Source: Aplysia californica (Eukaryota). From it: DNA of 63,827 nucleotides. A program made the position numbers and the translations under genes. The DNA lies in the NCBI RefSeq assembly GCF_000002075.1, contig NW_004797893.1, forward strand, positions 281,434 to 345,260, given 5' to 3'. The notes beneath the pieces were generated by a model. The model saw only the letters and a list, made by a program, of their open reading frames with translations, had not been told where the DNA came from and did not search any database. Each line of letters begins with the position of its first letter. Position 1 is the first letter of the stretch. Shown here piece after piece: positions 47,435-60,567 of the stretch.

Positions 47435-49300
47435 GGGACAAAATGTACTCTCTACCCTGTGCATGTTTGCAGATACGTCTAGCAATGAAAGGATTTCAAA
47501 ATTCATTCTATCTTCTTAGCACTGTAAAACTGTTGCAACAAGCTTGAATAATTGGAAAACAGAGTGTTTGTATAAAGTAGACTGAGATTTCCCATAATTT
47601 CAAGTGAATTTATCCGATATCATTGCTGATGAAAGGACAGCTTGTGATAAATCAGCACTTATGGTTTACTTTCATTTGTTTATTAGGATACTACTATTAG
47701 TTTGTGTCAGAACGTGATTTTTAAGATAGTTCAAGAAATTTTGCTCTGATTATTTAGGATAATTTCCTGGTACCATGTAATGTAGATCTCATTTATAGCG
47801 TAATGGATTACTGAAGTTCGCTGTTTGTCACAAGCATAATTTGCTGAACCTGATACATCAGGTTGCTATGTTGAAGAAAATACTGTAGTTGCAGAATGTT
47901 AATGGGGATTTCACTTTCTTTTCTATAGTTTAAGGGTACCGTATAGCATCACAAGTAGGACACATGCATGGATAAGGTGCAGGTAGACTTGAGGGCCAAA
48001 ATTTTGGTATAAATGATATCATGTTCAATGGATAAGACATACCGCTCTTTCATGGCAAGTACCTTACCTTAAAGCTGCCCATTTTATTCATAGAAAGGCA
48101 AAGCAAAAGAGTTAAAATACTGATGAATTTGTAAAAATTATAAATGAAAATGTTTTGAAAAACTTAAAATTGTTAAAACTCTGCATTGTCACTGATGAAA
48201 AGGTTTCTTATCATCATTCATCTCAATTGCGTCATCCTTGTTGTACAAATAAGTCGCACAGATTCATTTATAATTTGTTGGGGGGGGGGTAGGGGTAATT
48301 TTGTTTCTCATGGATAAGATGCAAGGCGGCTTTGGAGCCGTTATTTTTAAATTTTAAAAAGCTGTGTCCTCTACGCGATGATATATGGCTTACTATTCAC
48401 TTGACATCTGAGAATTTTCTAGGCTACGAGATATTTGTGTTTATGAACGAGTGACAGAGTCTACAGTCAACATTCTGTGTATATCACACTCCTTATGATC
48501 CGTCCATTTTCTGATATAATGTATTATTATTATTTATTACCAGCTTATTGTGGGTGGATGGGGGGATAAAGCTTACAATTTGTTTTTGACAGACAATATT
48601 GGGGGGAGATATAATCAGATTAGGAGAATGAAGTTGTAGAATTTAAGGGGACACACTGCAGTGAAAAGACTTGACAGTGACTTCCGTTGCATTGTAATAA
48701 GTTTCAGTTGCCACAGTGTTTTCGCAGCATGTTTTCTTTATTCAGCAGTGCTATGTTACACTATGTACCTTCTGCTGCACTCTGCTATGGCCTGTTTTGA
48801 CATTGATGCCAGTAAAAAATTGAAAGCAGACAGCAGCTATGGCACCGTTTGGTTACGACATAAGCCAACAACTCTGTTGGGGGGAGGGGGGTGGAAGAGT
48901 TTCTGCATTTTTCTTGTCTCGCTTATGACTTTCACATTTAGACCCTCCGTTTGGGGACTAATTGCTCCTTTTCAGCAGTTTCGTAAGAAGTTACACTGAA
49001 ATAAAATTAGAATGTGTGTCACTGGCAGGCTGATATTATGCAACACAAGTCTCAACATTTAGTAGCTTTCCTTTTTTTTTTTTTACTTTTGTCTATTCTT
49101 AAATTTATTATCAGTTCTCCATCATGAATGTTTAAACTTGAATAAAAATTAATGTGCACTCTTTTTAAAAGTACATCTGGCTTATTAACAATACGATACC
49201 TTAAGCCTTAAACCTTGCAAATGAAAGGTGACAAAGAATAACCGAACAGGCTTTTATTTTATTTTTATTGTGTTTATTATGCTCCATTTTTGTGATTAAA

Positions 49301-49306
49301 AATAAA
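49301..49306 (+). terminator. IFT88: Candidate IFT88 polyadenylation signal AATAAA (alternative at 49141)
   Basis: Ends a ~1.9-kb stretch after the stop with no recognisable TE; followed by GT/T-rich sequence. Confidence 0.4.
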
Positions 49307-50111
49307 ACTGTGATATCATTGGAAAATGTGTGATGGTTTTAATTTTTTGAAAATTGCAATTGTCTTATATTTGAAACTTTACCTAACTGTTAAGTTAATG
49401 GAATCATGATTTCTAATTTCCACATAAAGTAGGGCCTACTGGCACTACAGTTGGGCACAGTAAACGTAAACACACAAAATTAGAAATTACAGCCATTTCT
49501 AATGGAACAGCTCTAAAAATTTCTTTGTATTGGTAACTCTGTTTTCTAAAATACCCATACGGATCTATATGTCAACTTGTCGAACAGCTCGTCTAAAAAA
49601 AAAAGGGGTTACATTTTTCCTCACAATTGTCTCAAATTGCAAATATTGAAATCATTCTGTGGGCATAAAGCAAAACAAACACAATCGTCAACTGTAGGCC
49701 TGTCAGATTTCCACGAGCCCACCAGTCTCGCCCCCAAGGAACATGATACACCCACACCGCTGACTGGTACCAAGATGCGTCATGGCACATTACCTGTAGT
49801 GTACATAAAGCACTAGGCCTTCCTTCAGTCTAGTCATGTGTGAGGGTGGGTGCTGGGTGGTAACGTATGATGATTGAAGATGGTCAATGTAGCACTTGCA
49901 TTGGTCCGTGTGAGGTGTGAATTGTGTGCAAAAGTGTTCTTGTGTGTGTGTGTGGCTGTTGATGAAACGTAAAGGTAGGCCCTGTGGATCGGGAAGAGAT
50001 TACACGAGTGGGGTGGGTGGGTCATGCTTTGACCAGTGTTGCTCATAATCATATTGTCATGATGATCGTGATCTGAAGTAAGAACAATGTTGCTTTTTAA
50101 AAAATAAATTG

Positions 50112-50575
50112 TCAATAGGTCCAGGGTTCGAATCCACATAGCGACGGAAAGTTATCTTCTAAAAAATGTTCTCCTTTCACATCCTTTCCTGCTCTCTAAC
50201 AATGTTCTGTCGTCTGCTTTTGTCTCCACTTTCTGCCCTCAACTCCTTTGCCCCCTCCTCAGGGCTCGTAACTCTTTCTGCAGCCTTTCTACTGCTTCTC
50301 CTTGGCTCCTTACTGCTGTCTTTCAGCCACACCACCCCTGATCTTAGGGTAGGAAAGATCTAGATCTACACCTAGCCTTCTCGGTCAATGACAAAAAATC
50401 TCGGAGGTCCCGTGTGCAAGTTGCGCACATTAAAGATCCCTTCCTTGGTGGTCGAAAATCGATTATAAGAGTAGGCTTCGGTCGCCACCTGGACAAAATC
50501 CAAAATTTCTTGCCAACTAAAAATGTTTGGTGTATGACCTTTAAATGCAGTTGCGAGCACTGTAAAACACTTACC
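50112..50575 (+). mobile_element. SINE family B, copy 4 (5'-clipped)
   Basis: GGTTCGAATCC B box, body and tail homologous to the other copies. Confidence 0.8.
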
Positions 50576-51549
50576 AATCCCCCACCAAAACCCTCTTTTC
50601 CTTTCTCGTACTTCGACACTGCTGGTATCAAGATGCATCATCACACATTACCTGTAGTGTACGTTAGTGTAAGTTGTAAGGCACAAAAATTTCCCTGAAT
50701 GTTTGTGAGGGTGGGTGCTGAGTCATTGGGTGTAAGACCAGACAGACAGTGTGGCGCTGCAGTTGGGTTGAAGTTTGTAAATTCTATTTGTCTTTGTGCA
50801 TGTATATGTGGTTGTTTGAACATGAAGGTATGGATCAGGAAGTGATGACACAAAAGGGGTGGTAGTGTAAGTGTAAGCGATATCACATTGTCATGCTGCA
50901 AGATGATGCTCTTTCTTAAACGACCAGGTCTTTTTTTACACAGGCCTCTCTTTGTTTAGTGTTAGGATGCTCACAGAGAGGCCACCGAGTATATTTCGGC
51001 ACATCGGTGGCATGTTCACTCTGGGTCGACCTTTCCAAGGGTAGAAGCTGTCCCGCTGAGCTATATCTAGATTTGGCAAGTTAAAATGGTAACAAAATAT
51101 GAGAACAAACTGCTTCTTGAACATCTAATGAAACAGTCATTACACACACATACACAACACAGATAGAGAGCACACTTCTCAATATCGCGTAGGCCCTCAA
51201 ACAGTTAACTAGAAATTAGTGGATTTTAAAAATTATTTATTACTGGGGGGTTTTCTAAATAGGCCTACTTCAGTATTTAAATTCTGCTCGGAGTGATTGA
51301 TTAAAAATATCTGATCAAATTTTGTCTACGTTTCCTTGTTGAGATAATAGAGTTGAAAAAGTGCCCGGTCCAGCCCTATAACATCACACATCCAGTGACG
51401 GCCCACTCCTTTGCACCAAACAGGAGTTGGAATCAAAATGTCTTTCCTATAAAATAAGCTGTCACCAATCCCCCGATTGGTGCAGAGAGTAGGCCGTGTC
51501 TCTCTGCGCTAGTAGAAATCGTACTATATTATTGATAATTTTTATAATA

Positions 51550-52536
51550 CAGTGGGTGTCGCATTCAATGAGGTTGCCGGGACCGGCTAGTTGTCCTCGT
51601 TGGATCCGACCTCTCGTTGAACGTGACTAAGGCTAAAGAAAAGAAAGGAGACAAGTTAATATATCACACGACATACCAATACCAGTGTGCCAGCCTCGAG
51701 AGCCTACAACACCAAGAACTCAGGCTATAAAGGAAGAAGAAGGCCACACAAAAGGTGGATCGAGGGTGTCAAGGAAACCCTAAGAAAACATAACATCACA
51801 ACTGAAAGAGCTGCTTAGCTGGCCTACCACCATAGAAAACTGCATCTCCCCTCGACGCTTAACGGCAACAGAGGATGAAAAAGTAAAAAGTAAAGTACCA
51901 ATACCAGTAATTAAAACAGTTGTTCCCCTTGATGACGAAAATCTCAAACAGCATCAGTGTGCGTGTGTTTGAGCTGTGTTCTGACCGTCATTTCTGCATT
52001 TAAAAATATTTTTTTCCAGAACACTTCTCTTGTGGAAACATACCCTCTCACGCCTAGGCCTAGATTAGATGTCTACAAAAAGTAAAGCCGGGAGCTTGGA
52101 TTTTCTGACCGCGGGAAGAAAAGAATTTTTTTTTTTAATGAAGGTCTCGATCTAGACGTACCCATCCAGAGTTTGTCCAGTTTCACACAGCCCGTATCGC
52201 GTTCCCGCCCATCCCCTCCATAGGCTAACCCTCGCCCATCCTCTTGGCTTTTGGGCCAATATTAGGAGGTACACTAGATCCAGCAATACAATGTGTTAGG
52301 AATCGAGGATGGGCCTTGTGCTTCGCGTTAGATGGAGTCAAAGGAGAAAAATTCTTTGCTTTTGGGGCCGCTAATTGCTTTTATTTGGTTATCGCGACCT
52401 TGTTGAAAGCGACTTCGGTCTGTTTGCAACCTCGTTGGAGCCGACGTACATTTACAAAGAGACATATATATGAAAAAATCGGGGATTAAGGATAGCCTCG
52501 TTGGAGCCGACTTCTCGTTGAATGTGACACCCACTG
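51550..52536. mobile_element. Tc1/mariner (pogo/Tigger-like) MITE with a nested retroelement
   Basis: TA|CAGTGGGTGTCGCATTCAATGAG ... CTCGTTGAATGTGACACCCACTG|TA. Confidence 0.85.
51687..51895 (+). mobile_element. 5'-truncated RTE-clade LINE 3' end
   Basis: 13-bp TSD TACCAATACCAGT at 51674-51686 and 51896-51908; encodes ...GYKGRRRPHKRWIEGVKETL...; (AAAGT)n tail. Confidence 0.8.
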
Positions 52537-52859
52537 TAAAACTTACGGTGCATTGTGATTATGTGACTTAAATCGGCTACCATTACTTTATGTTCTCCCA
52601 CTTCAATGAGGCAGAACGTCTAAAACCAATACACCCTATACCAATACTATACGTCCCAGAAAAAGGTTGCCGCTAGTTTCTTTGCTGAACCTTGAGCTTT
52701 TAGAGCACTAGTAATGAAGGGGATTCCAGGCTGTCGACTCCTGCTGCATCTCTGGGGTTGTGGGTTGCACCGACAGGTCCCATTTGGCCATCAATGCCAT
52801 CCTTTTACTATTACAAACGAGTCCGACAGGCCTCCATAAATTGCACCTCGTGATCATCT

Positions 52860-53130
52860 AACACAACAGCTGTTTTTGCACCAAGCAAGCTGAAACTTTA
52901 TGGTATCCAAACTCTTCATAATCATACACTATTCTATGAGTATGAGCAACAGTCTTCAGGACGTCAAGATCATCAGCCAAATTATAACAAAATTTCAGCC
53001 TCCTGTTCTCACAAATCGAAACAACAGCACCTGCAATGTACTTCTCTGTCACAGAAGACTGAGGGTACCCACTGCCTGGATCACCTACAAGATTAGAACA
53101 ACCTCTCTTATCATGCTACACCATTGATAA
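52860..53130 (+). mobile_element. Decayed L2/CR1-like ORF2 C-terminal remnant
   Basis: LQDVK...PPVL...WITYKIRT resembles the L2 tail region. Confidence 0.35.
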
Positions 53131-54140
53131 GCCTGTTTTTCGCTCATTACATCTACCATACAGAAACAAATTCAAGATGAATTTCAGTTTGATTTCTCCC
53201 TTTCTCAATCAAAAATCTCATAACACCTCTAACCTCTGACTTTAACCACTTTTTAAAGATGGAGGCCAATCTTTCTGCCTCCACCATTCATTAGTGCAGT
53301 CAAGGATAATGCCTGCGGTTTTGGGAAGGTATTGCACCAGGTACTCGTGCTATGCAGCATTTACACATTAAAAATCAATGCATTCCATTTTGAGTTATCA
53401 TTGTTTACATAATTTTTAGGACAGCCCTCATATATATTTATAACTATTCGAATTAAGAATATGTATATATATAATATGTTTGTTTGAGTTTGTGCGTCCA
53501 CATAAAGATCCAACAAAAACACATGAACACAATAACAAAATGCACACTATTTCTGATGAGGAAAATGAAACTTGTATTCAAACTTGAAAGTTGCCATGAA
53601 GTATGGATCATTTATGCAGGCATTTTCAAGAACAAAAGTTTTGCACAAACTTATAAATACGTAAGCCTCAGAGTTTGTCTGTGTACATGGAACTGTGGTG
53701 ATAAACAAGTCCACAGAACAAAAATCCCACACATTACGTTTTCACGAAATTCATTGTGTACAGAGTCCTCTGCAAAATGAACGATGTAGAAAACAAAGAG
53801 ATTTCTTCCGAGTTTTCAGTGAAATCTAAGAAGAGAGGAACTCTAAAACTGAGTTAATTCTTTTCCCTTGCATCAATTTTTCTAGATTTAAAACACATAA
53901 TAACAAAACATTTTCGCAATTTAATGACAATGAAATTGGTGGTGAAATGATGAAGATGAAACCTTTCGACAAAGCGCTATAACCACAGTTCAGTATGAAT
54001 CCTTTTGCCGAAAAACAGTCTTTCCCCTTACGCATGGACAAAGAGTTCACAGAGTGCATTCAATATCAAACTGAAAAGGGCAAAAAAAATAGATGATTGA
54101 GGAAGTGGATGACTTTCATGAGCGTGTCTGTAAATGGTGC

Positions 54141-54236
54141 TTAAGTGAGGATGTCTTGGGCATGAATCTCCAACAAAGTCTCCATCTGGGAGATGTCGTT
54201 CGTGAGTAGATTCAGTCTGCCCTGCATGCTGGCAAT
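54141..54236 (-). CDS. PSMD13: PSMD13 last coding exon ([31 protein letters not shown])
   Basis: ttacag acceptor, TAA stop. Confidence 0.95.
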   Translation of the reverse strand: MASMQGRLNLLTNDISQMETLLEIHAQDILT

Positions 54237-57200
54237 CTGTAAGGGGAGAGAGAAAAAGCACATGATCTGATAATATAAAAACAAAATTGTCAATTTCAAG
54301 GGTCTAAATATGGGAAACACTTGATTTAATACAGACCTGCCACTCTATGAAATCTCAAAATCAGAATTTCAGGGGGGAGAAAAATAGGGATTTGGTGAAA
54401 AAAAATCGGGATCAACAGCAAATCACCAAGGTGACAGCCAAGCTGACTTAAAGATTTTCCAGGGGTGTCCATAAATATATAGGCCTATATGCCCTCCGAA
54501 TGTCTTTGTTTGTTTGTGTGTGTGTGTGTTTGTGTCTACAGGTTCTCACAAAACACTTGGACGGGCGACAGTTGTTCTTGGCTAACCACAAGGGCCAACC
54601 GACCAAAACATACCAACAAATCTCTTATCCCTTAATTGTGTTCAGACCAAAGCAACGACAACGGCCGTGTGTTAATCTAGTCAGCCCAGTTAGTTATGTA
54701 AGGGTTATACAGGGCATTACAAAGTGGCCCATTGGAGGATCGGGTCGGGTCAGGTCGGTTTGCTAGCCAGATTGAGGACACAAAGCAGCTCTCATGGCAC
54801 AAGCCAATCGCGCCCGACTCGTAGCCTCAAAAAACAAACGCGTTCGTTTTTAAGGGAAGAGAGGGGCGATTGCCACCGACCCGATTCGATCTGCTTTGGG
54901 CACCCCGCATTAGAGAATAACTGTCGCTCCTCCGAGTGTTTGATGTGAACGCACAGTTACTAGACCTTGGACAAGACTGGTTTTGAAAGTAACTGCAGAA
55001 CTACTAATATTATTGATTATTTGTATGTCGCTATTGCAACAGTTATCAGGCTATCATAGGAGAATTCTGAGTGCGGGCAAAGATCAAACACATCCAGCAT
55101 CCAGATTTCGTAAAATAATGCTCCGAGTTCCTACGGACAAAAAGTCCAATGGGTGCTTCCCGCGATTGAGAAGAAGGCAGTGTAAGTTTTTAGAAAAATC
55201 TGACGAAACAGCAGACTGGAACAAAAAAATCTGGATACACGTGTTTTAAATCAGGAAAGTCGGGATGCTTTGAGATTTGGGGAAAAAAATCGGGATATCG
55301 CGACTAAATCGGGATGAGTGGCAGGTCTGTTTGATACCATAAAGACAAAAATTCCAATTTCAAAGACAACAATTCCAACTTCAAAGGTCTCAATAGAAAA
55401 ATATTGGTTCTGAAATACATTACTATAATAATTATATTCAAACAACATACCCAAATTTCAGTAACAGGAATCAATTTTTGAAAGAATATGCTGAATATGT
55501 GGCAGAGTGTCAAACTGGCAATGAAAAAGTTGTGATTTCAATTCATGTTTCTGTAGAGCAAGACTTTGTACCCTTGGGAAACATACAATACCACATTTTC
55601 AGCCTCCTCAGGACATCCAGCTAGCAATCAACAGAGACAAATATATGTATAAAAAAACAGTATGGTAATTTGGAATGAATTGGTGTTTGAGTAAAGAAAA
55701 ACAAATCAACACAATAATGCCCATTTAAGGCAGGAAAAGAGTGAAACATAAAAACCAGAGGGATTATAAGAGGTAGAACCTACTAGTGGCGCCCTCCAAC
55801 CATCCACGGGGGAGAAAGAGAAAGAGAGAGAAAAAGAAAGAGAGAGAGACACAGAGAGAGAGAGAGACACAGAGAGAGAGAGAGTGTGTGTTTTTCTAAA
55901 AACAGATACAACTGAGCACAGATAACTTGAAAACAAAGACTCAAATTCACAGATAGCTCGAACAATATGCCATTCCGCAGCAGAACCGTTATATTTGTTG
56001 GTGTATTGGCAGCAATGTATTATCAAACACTCAAACGGATGTATCAAACGGCTCATCTTGAAAACCCTGATCAATCTTGTCTACACAATTGTCTCAAATT
56101 CAATCACCCTGCGCACACAAACCCGCCCACCATCCTCGAGAGTATCAAGTTACACGACCCCATTAGGCTCACCCCTGCCCAGTGTGATATGCACACACTG
56201 CTGGTATCACAACGCATCATCCCACATTAGCTGCAGAGTGCACAAGGCATGAGAACTTTCTTGAACTTGAATCTAGTAATGTGAGGGCGAGTGCTGCTTG
56301 CACACCTGCAAACCACTTCATGACCAAAAATACGAGTTTTTCTTAGAATCATCTCTAACAATTGGAGCCTGATGGGAAAAATTGGAGCCTTGAGAACCTC
56401 AGGTACTTTTCAAGATGGCAGAGAAGATAAAACCTTTACTTCCCTTGATAATCTTCAATATCTTTCATTTTTTGTTCAATTTATATTATGGATGTGTCAA
56501 AACCTCAAACGTGTTCTAGATATCGTGCTCAACTGTATCTTAATCCTTGATTCAAATGTGCACAAACCTGCTTGCGATCTAGGACTCGAGGTTGAACCCA
56601 AGTCATATGACATTTCTGCTCAATTTCATCGATGGAGCCTCGTACCAGATCTAAACTGAGTGCTTTCATGACCAGGAGCTCAACCTAAGGACAACAAGCA
56701 ACATGGAGATAAATAACATTTTAAAAAGCCAATTGCAGACAAAACAGCTGCAGTAATATCAAATAAAGAAACAAATCGACATGGTTCCAAACCCCAAAGC
56801 TAAAAGGCACTATAAAGGATAAAAGAACAGCTCCCTTATCTCTCCACCTATAATTACATTTTTTTAATGACTTTGTCAAGCAGAAATCACAGATTATTGA
56901 ATTACAACATCAAGTTAAAAAAAAAAAATTCTCCATGTAAATTGCATGACAACAGAAATCCCACATTCTGCACAGAATTATGTATATAGCTTGTGCTCCA
57001 TTCACTAAAAACAGTACCATGAAAAAGCAAAGAAAGGTCCTCAAACAATGGTTACTTTACGACATAAAAGTCATCTTACATCATTTTTGTTGATCTTGGC
57101 CGTCTTTGCAATATTTTCAAATGTCAGTTGACGGTCAGTGGCTGGACGCTGGAATGTCATCTGTAATAAATCCAGAAGAATAAATTATAACCCTCCAATA

Positions 57201-60200
57201 GAAACGCTGAATTCAATTTCAGATTGCTAAAATTGTTCTCAAGACCAAATTATTAACATCTTGATGCATTACCATAGCTATCTCCAAAGACAAAAAAAAG
57301 GCACAATATTATGCCAACAAACACAAAAAATCTGAGGAAATGGATTGAACAATTTTTCATTCAGGAATCGTATTAAGAGCTTAGAATCAATCTCCAATGT
57401 AGCTTAGATCTCGCAACAGTAAAGCATGTTCATGTGATAATGACTATGGGGAACTGAGAGAGAATGATAACATACTCCTAAAAATTTTTGCTATGGAAAA
57501 ATAAATAAAATTTCCTTGGAATGCAAATGAAATGCAATTAAATTTATTTTTTTTTTCTTGCCATTTTATAGTGTAAAACAATGTCATGAGCATAAATAAG
57601 GGAAAGAAGACAACAAACGTACCCTAATCAGGGTGATGGTTTGAAATACCACGATAAAAAACCCAAGGCTTAGAAGTTGTGCAGGTACTTTTTTTTTTTT
57701 AATCTTTAAGACCCTCAGGACTCAGACAAGTAAAAAAAAAAATCTGAGGAACAAAACAGCTTGAACTCTATAGAATCCCTGAACTCACCTCCATCAGGCA
57801 CAGCAAATTGATCTTGTTTCTCATCACCAGCTCAGCAGCCTTCAGATCAGGCTAGGTGAGATAAAACATGATGACTATATTAAACAACTGCATAGTTATA
57901 TTGCACACATCCTAACCCTAGAGGGTTTGGTTTTTAGAGTTTTACAGCACTTGCAACATAAATTGGTCAAATAAGTGCAGAAGATTAAAGGTGTAACATA
58001 CAAACAAAAGAAGGGGGAGAGATATTATAAGGACCACATAGATGTTTGATAGGGAAGAAGGAACAAACCTCACCAGCAGAACACCCGCCAACCACCATCT
58101 GCAACCCCAACAAAGGCAGCAATACATGATTACTTTCTTACTATCCCAACAGACCCAATAATATTCCAAAATTTCTCAGCTTCCCGGAAAACATTTGTGT
58201 ATCATGTGACCATTTTACAAGTGCTCAAATATGAATTTTTACCCCATTCGAACAAGCCTTCCTTTACGTTCAGTAGTTTATGTATTAGCATTGAACCCTT
58301 CTCTTGGTATAACTATAACATAAGCCTAAAAATCACAACTCAACAAGTTCATGCTATGCATATGCACAATCGTCAATCCTGTCTCAGCTTCTGCTGGTTT
58401 AGTGCTCTTCTTGAAAGCAGAGCATTTGATTTACCAGCCAAAATGGTGAGAGGAACACTGTCCCAGAAAAAACATTATCACTATGATTCTAAAAAGATTT
58501 GCACATCATTGCCCCAGCACTGGAAGAGTAACACATCAAATAGGCCAAAACAGCAAGAAGACAATCTATGCAAAAACAAAAAAATGCAAAAAATGAACCT
58601 CAACACATTACACCCTAACTTGCCCGGAATCACCCGCTTCGACCAGGCGTCTTTAGAAACAAAGGCGAGCCTTAATGAGACTCTGGGGCCGAGGTTTTGT
58701 TTTACATAGTTATTGCAAAATATTTTTTCTTCCGTTTGATACCGAAACAAAATTTTTTGTTTTCGTAGTTTAAGTATTAGAGACGATAGAAAAGCAATCA
58801 CGTTTCCGTCACTTTGAAGGTGTCTCGACTTGTTGAAAAACAACACAGTTGAGTTTGAAAACGGAAATAACGATGGATTTAACAAGAACAAGCAAATGAC
58901 AAACCAGATGAATCAAATATTGATAAACACTTTGTAGCAAGAGTTCGGGGTGATTCATATTAATTAGATGTAGAATTTAGATCTAGGGCCCAACCGGGAG
59001 GCTGAGAGTGACAGGTAGGCAGGGCTGCCTACCTCAAAGTTCCCATTTCAGGTAGATTCAGGGTCATTTTCAGGTAGTTTGGCCCAAAATCAGGTAGTAC
59101 AAAGACAAAGAGGAAAAAAAAGGATGATCGTTGCCCCATCGAACGCGCTTGCTTTCCGTGATATTGGGTAATTATATTTTGAAAACTTGTTTGTGCATGC
59201 ACATGTGTGTGTGTGTGTCTGTGTGTTCCTGTTGCCATGCTCTCGCATGTGTTTATATATGTGCATGGAAAAGGAAGGGGGTGCATGGGAAAGGAAGGGG
59301 GTGTTTGGGTGTGCACAAGTTAAGATGAACAGTGTGAATTAAATGAGGCGAGGTTTTTTTAAAAATCATTCTATGGACTATCGTTCAAGGCATCTATCAT
59401 TCAGTATTGAATCTGGAATTGAGTGCAGGGTGATTGCCAAACTGACTTCAAAACCCCTAGCCCATAGCAATAGAAACTATATTAAAACATATTTCCCGAC
59501 ACTAGAATAGGACTCTGATAAGTCCTTTGTGACTTAAGTATGACGGACAATTAATTTTAACTAGTTTTACCCTAAAAATACAAAAAGGAATCCTGATCTG
59601 GGCCTGAGGAGAGGCAAGAAGAACATCAACTACCAAAACCATGTTTGGTTTCAGCAATCACGGATTTTAAAAAGCATGCAAGACAAAATTTATTTATAAA
59701 ACCTTTATAGTTAGGCTCACGGCAGAGCAACAAGTGAAAATAAAAGAGAGGGTGTACTGAGAGCCGGAGCTGGAAGGCCTGTGAGAGCGTGGGATGTAGT
59801 GATGCTGAAAACCTGGCAATCAGTGAATCACTGCATCATGGACTAAGTGTTGATTTTTTTCAAAATGTTAAATCACAGTACCAGTATTTAATCAACAACA
59901 AGCCATCATGATGCATAGGCATCCAACATAGACCTTTCCGAGGGTTGAAAATGGCATTTCCTCATTGCCACTATTCAATTTGTCATCACAAACAAATTCG
60001 GGAACACCAACCTTGAAGATACAATCATCAAGCCTATGCTCTAATGTTCCCTAATTTACACACTCGATTGTCGAATGTCATAACCACTTCCACTTATCAC
60101 ATCCATCTAAGGTTAAAAATATGGTTTCCCTTTTTTCCATTTTCAAAAGGTTAGCAGCTCTGCATATGTTATTAATGAATAAAACATTTTTTATTATTTT

Positions 60201-60567
60201 TTTCCATTAGCACTCTTCTTTACACTAAACCTGATTTGACACAAAGAAATTCTCTGGTCTTTAGTTTTACAGTACTCTAAAATAACTTTTTTTTAAATCA
60301 CAAGAACATTTACAATTTCCAGCCAGTTATTCCTTCACTTGGTGCACCAACCTGTTGAGCCCATTTATCCTTCAAAGCATTGAAACGATCAATGTCTCCA
60401 CTGTTGAAGGCATACAGCAGCTGCACCAACCACTCACGCTCGGTGCCATTAAGAGCAGCCAGTATGTCATGAGCCAAGAGTTCTCCAAAATTGTACACTC
60501 CCTCACCCACTACAGCAGCCAGGCCAATGTTGAAAGCTCGCTCTGCCTGCTCAGCAGTGGGCATGTC
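54141..60567 (-). CDS. PSMD13: 26S proteasome non-ATPase regulatory subunit 13 (Rpn9), 3' five coding exons; 5' part beyond window
   Basis: Exons 60567-60352, 57851-57789, 57160-57080, 56684-56568, 54236-54141, all phase 0 with AG/GT boundaries. Motifs [56 protein letters not shown]. Confidence 0.97.
54332..55329. mobile_element. hAT-like MITE
   Basis: TIR CAGACCTGCCACTC / GAGTGGCAGGTCTG, subterminal TCGGGA repeats, imperfect 8-bp TSD TTT(A/G)ATAC. Confidence 0.75.
56568..56684 (-). CDS. PSMD13: PSMD13 exon ([39 protein letters not shown])
   Basis: tag/gtttgt boundaries; PCI winged helix. Confidence 0.97.
57080..57160 (-). CDS. PSMD13: PSMD13 exon ([27 protein letters not shown])
   Basis: cag/gtaaga boundaries; PCI domain. 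Confidence 0.96.
57789..57851 (-). CDS. PSMD13: PSMD13 exon ([21 protein letters not shown])
   Basis: tag/gtgagt boundaries. Confidence 0.95.
60352..60567 (-). CDS. PSMD13: PSMD13 exon ([12 protein letters not shown]...KDKWAQQ)
   Basis: cag/gttggt boundaries. Confidence 0.96.

Noticed and set aside
49735-50720. Twice-repeated CTGGTAYCAAGATGC..CAT..CACATTACCTGTAGTGTAC block (third copy ~56195-56240) as a possible ncRNA
   Set aside because: Diverged dispersed copies with no snoRNA boxes or clear structure; most simply an old TE fragment.
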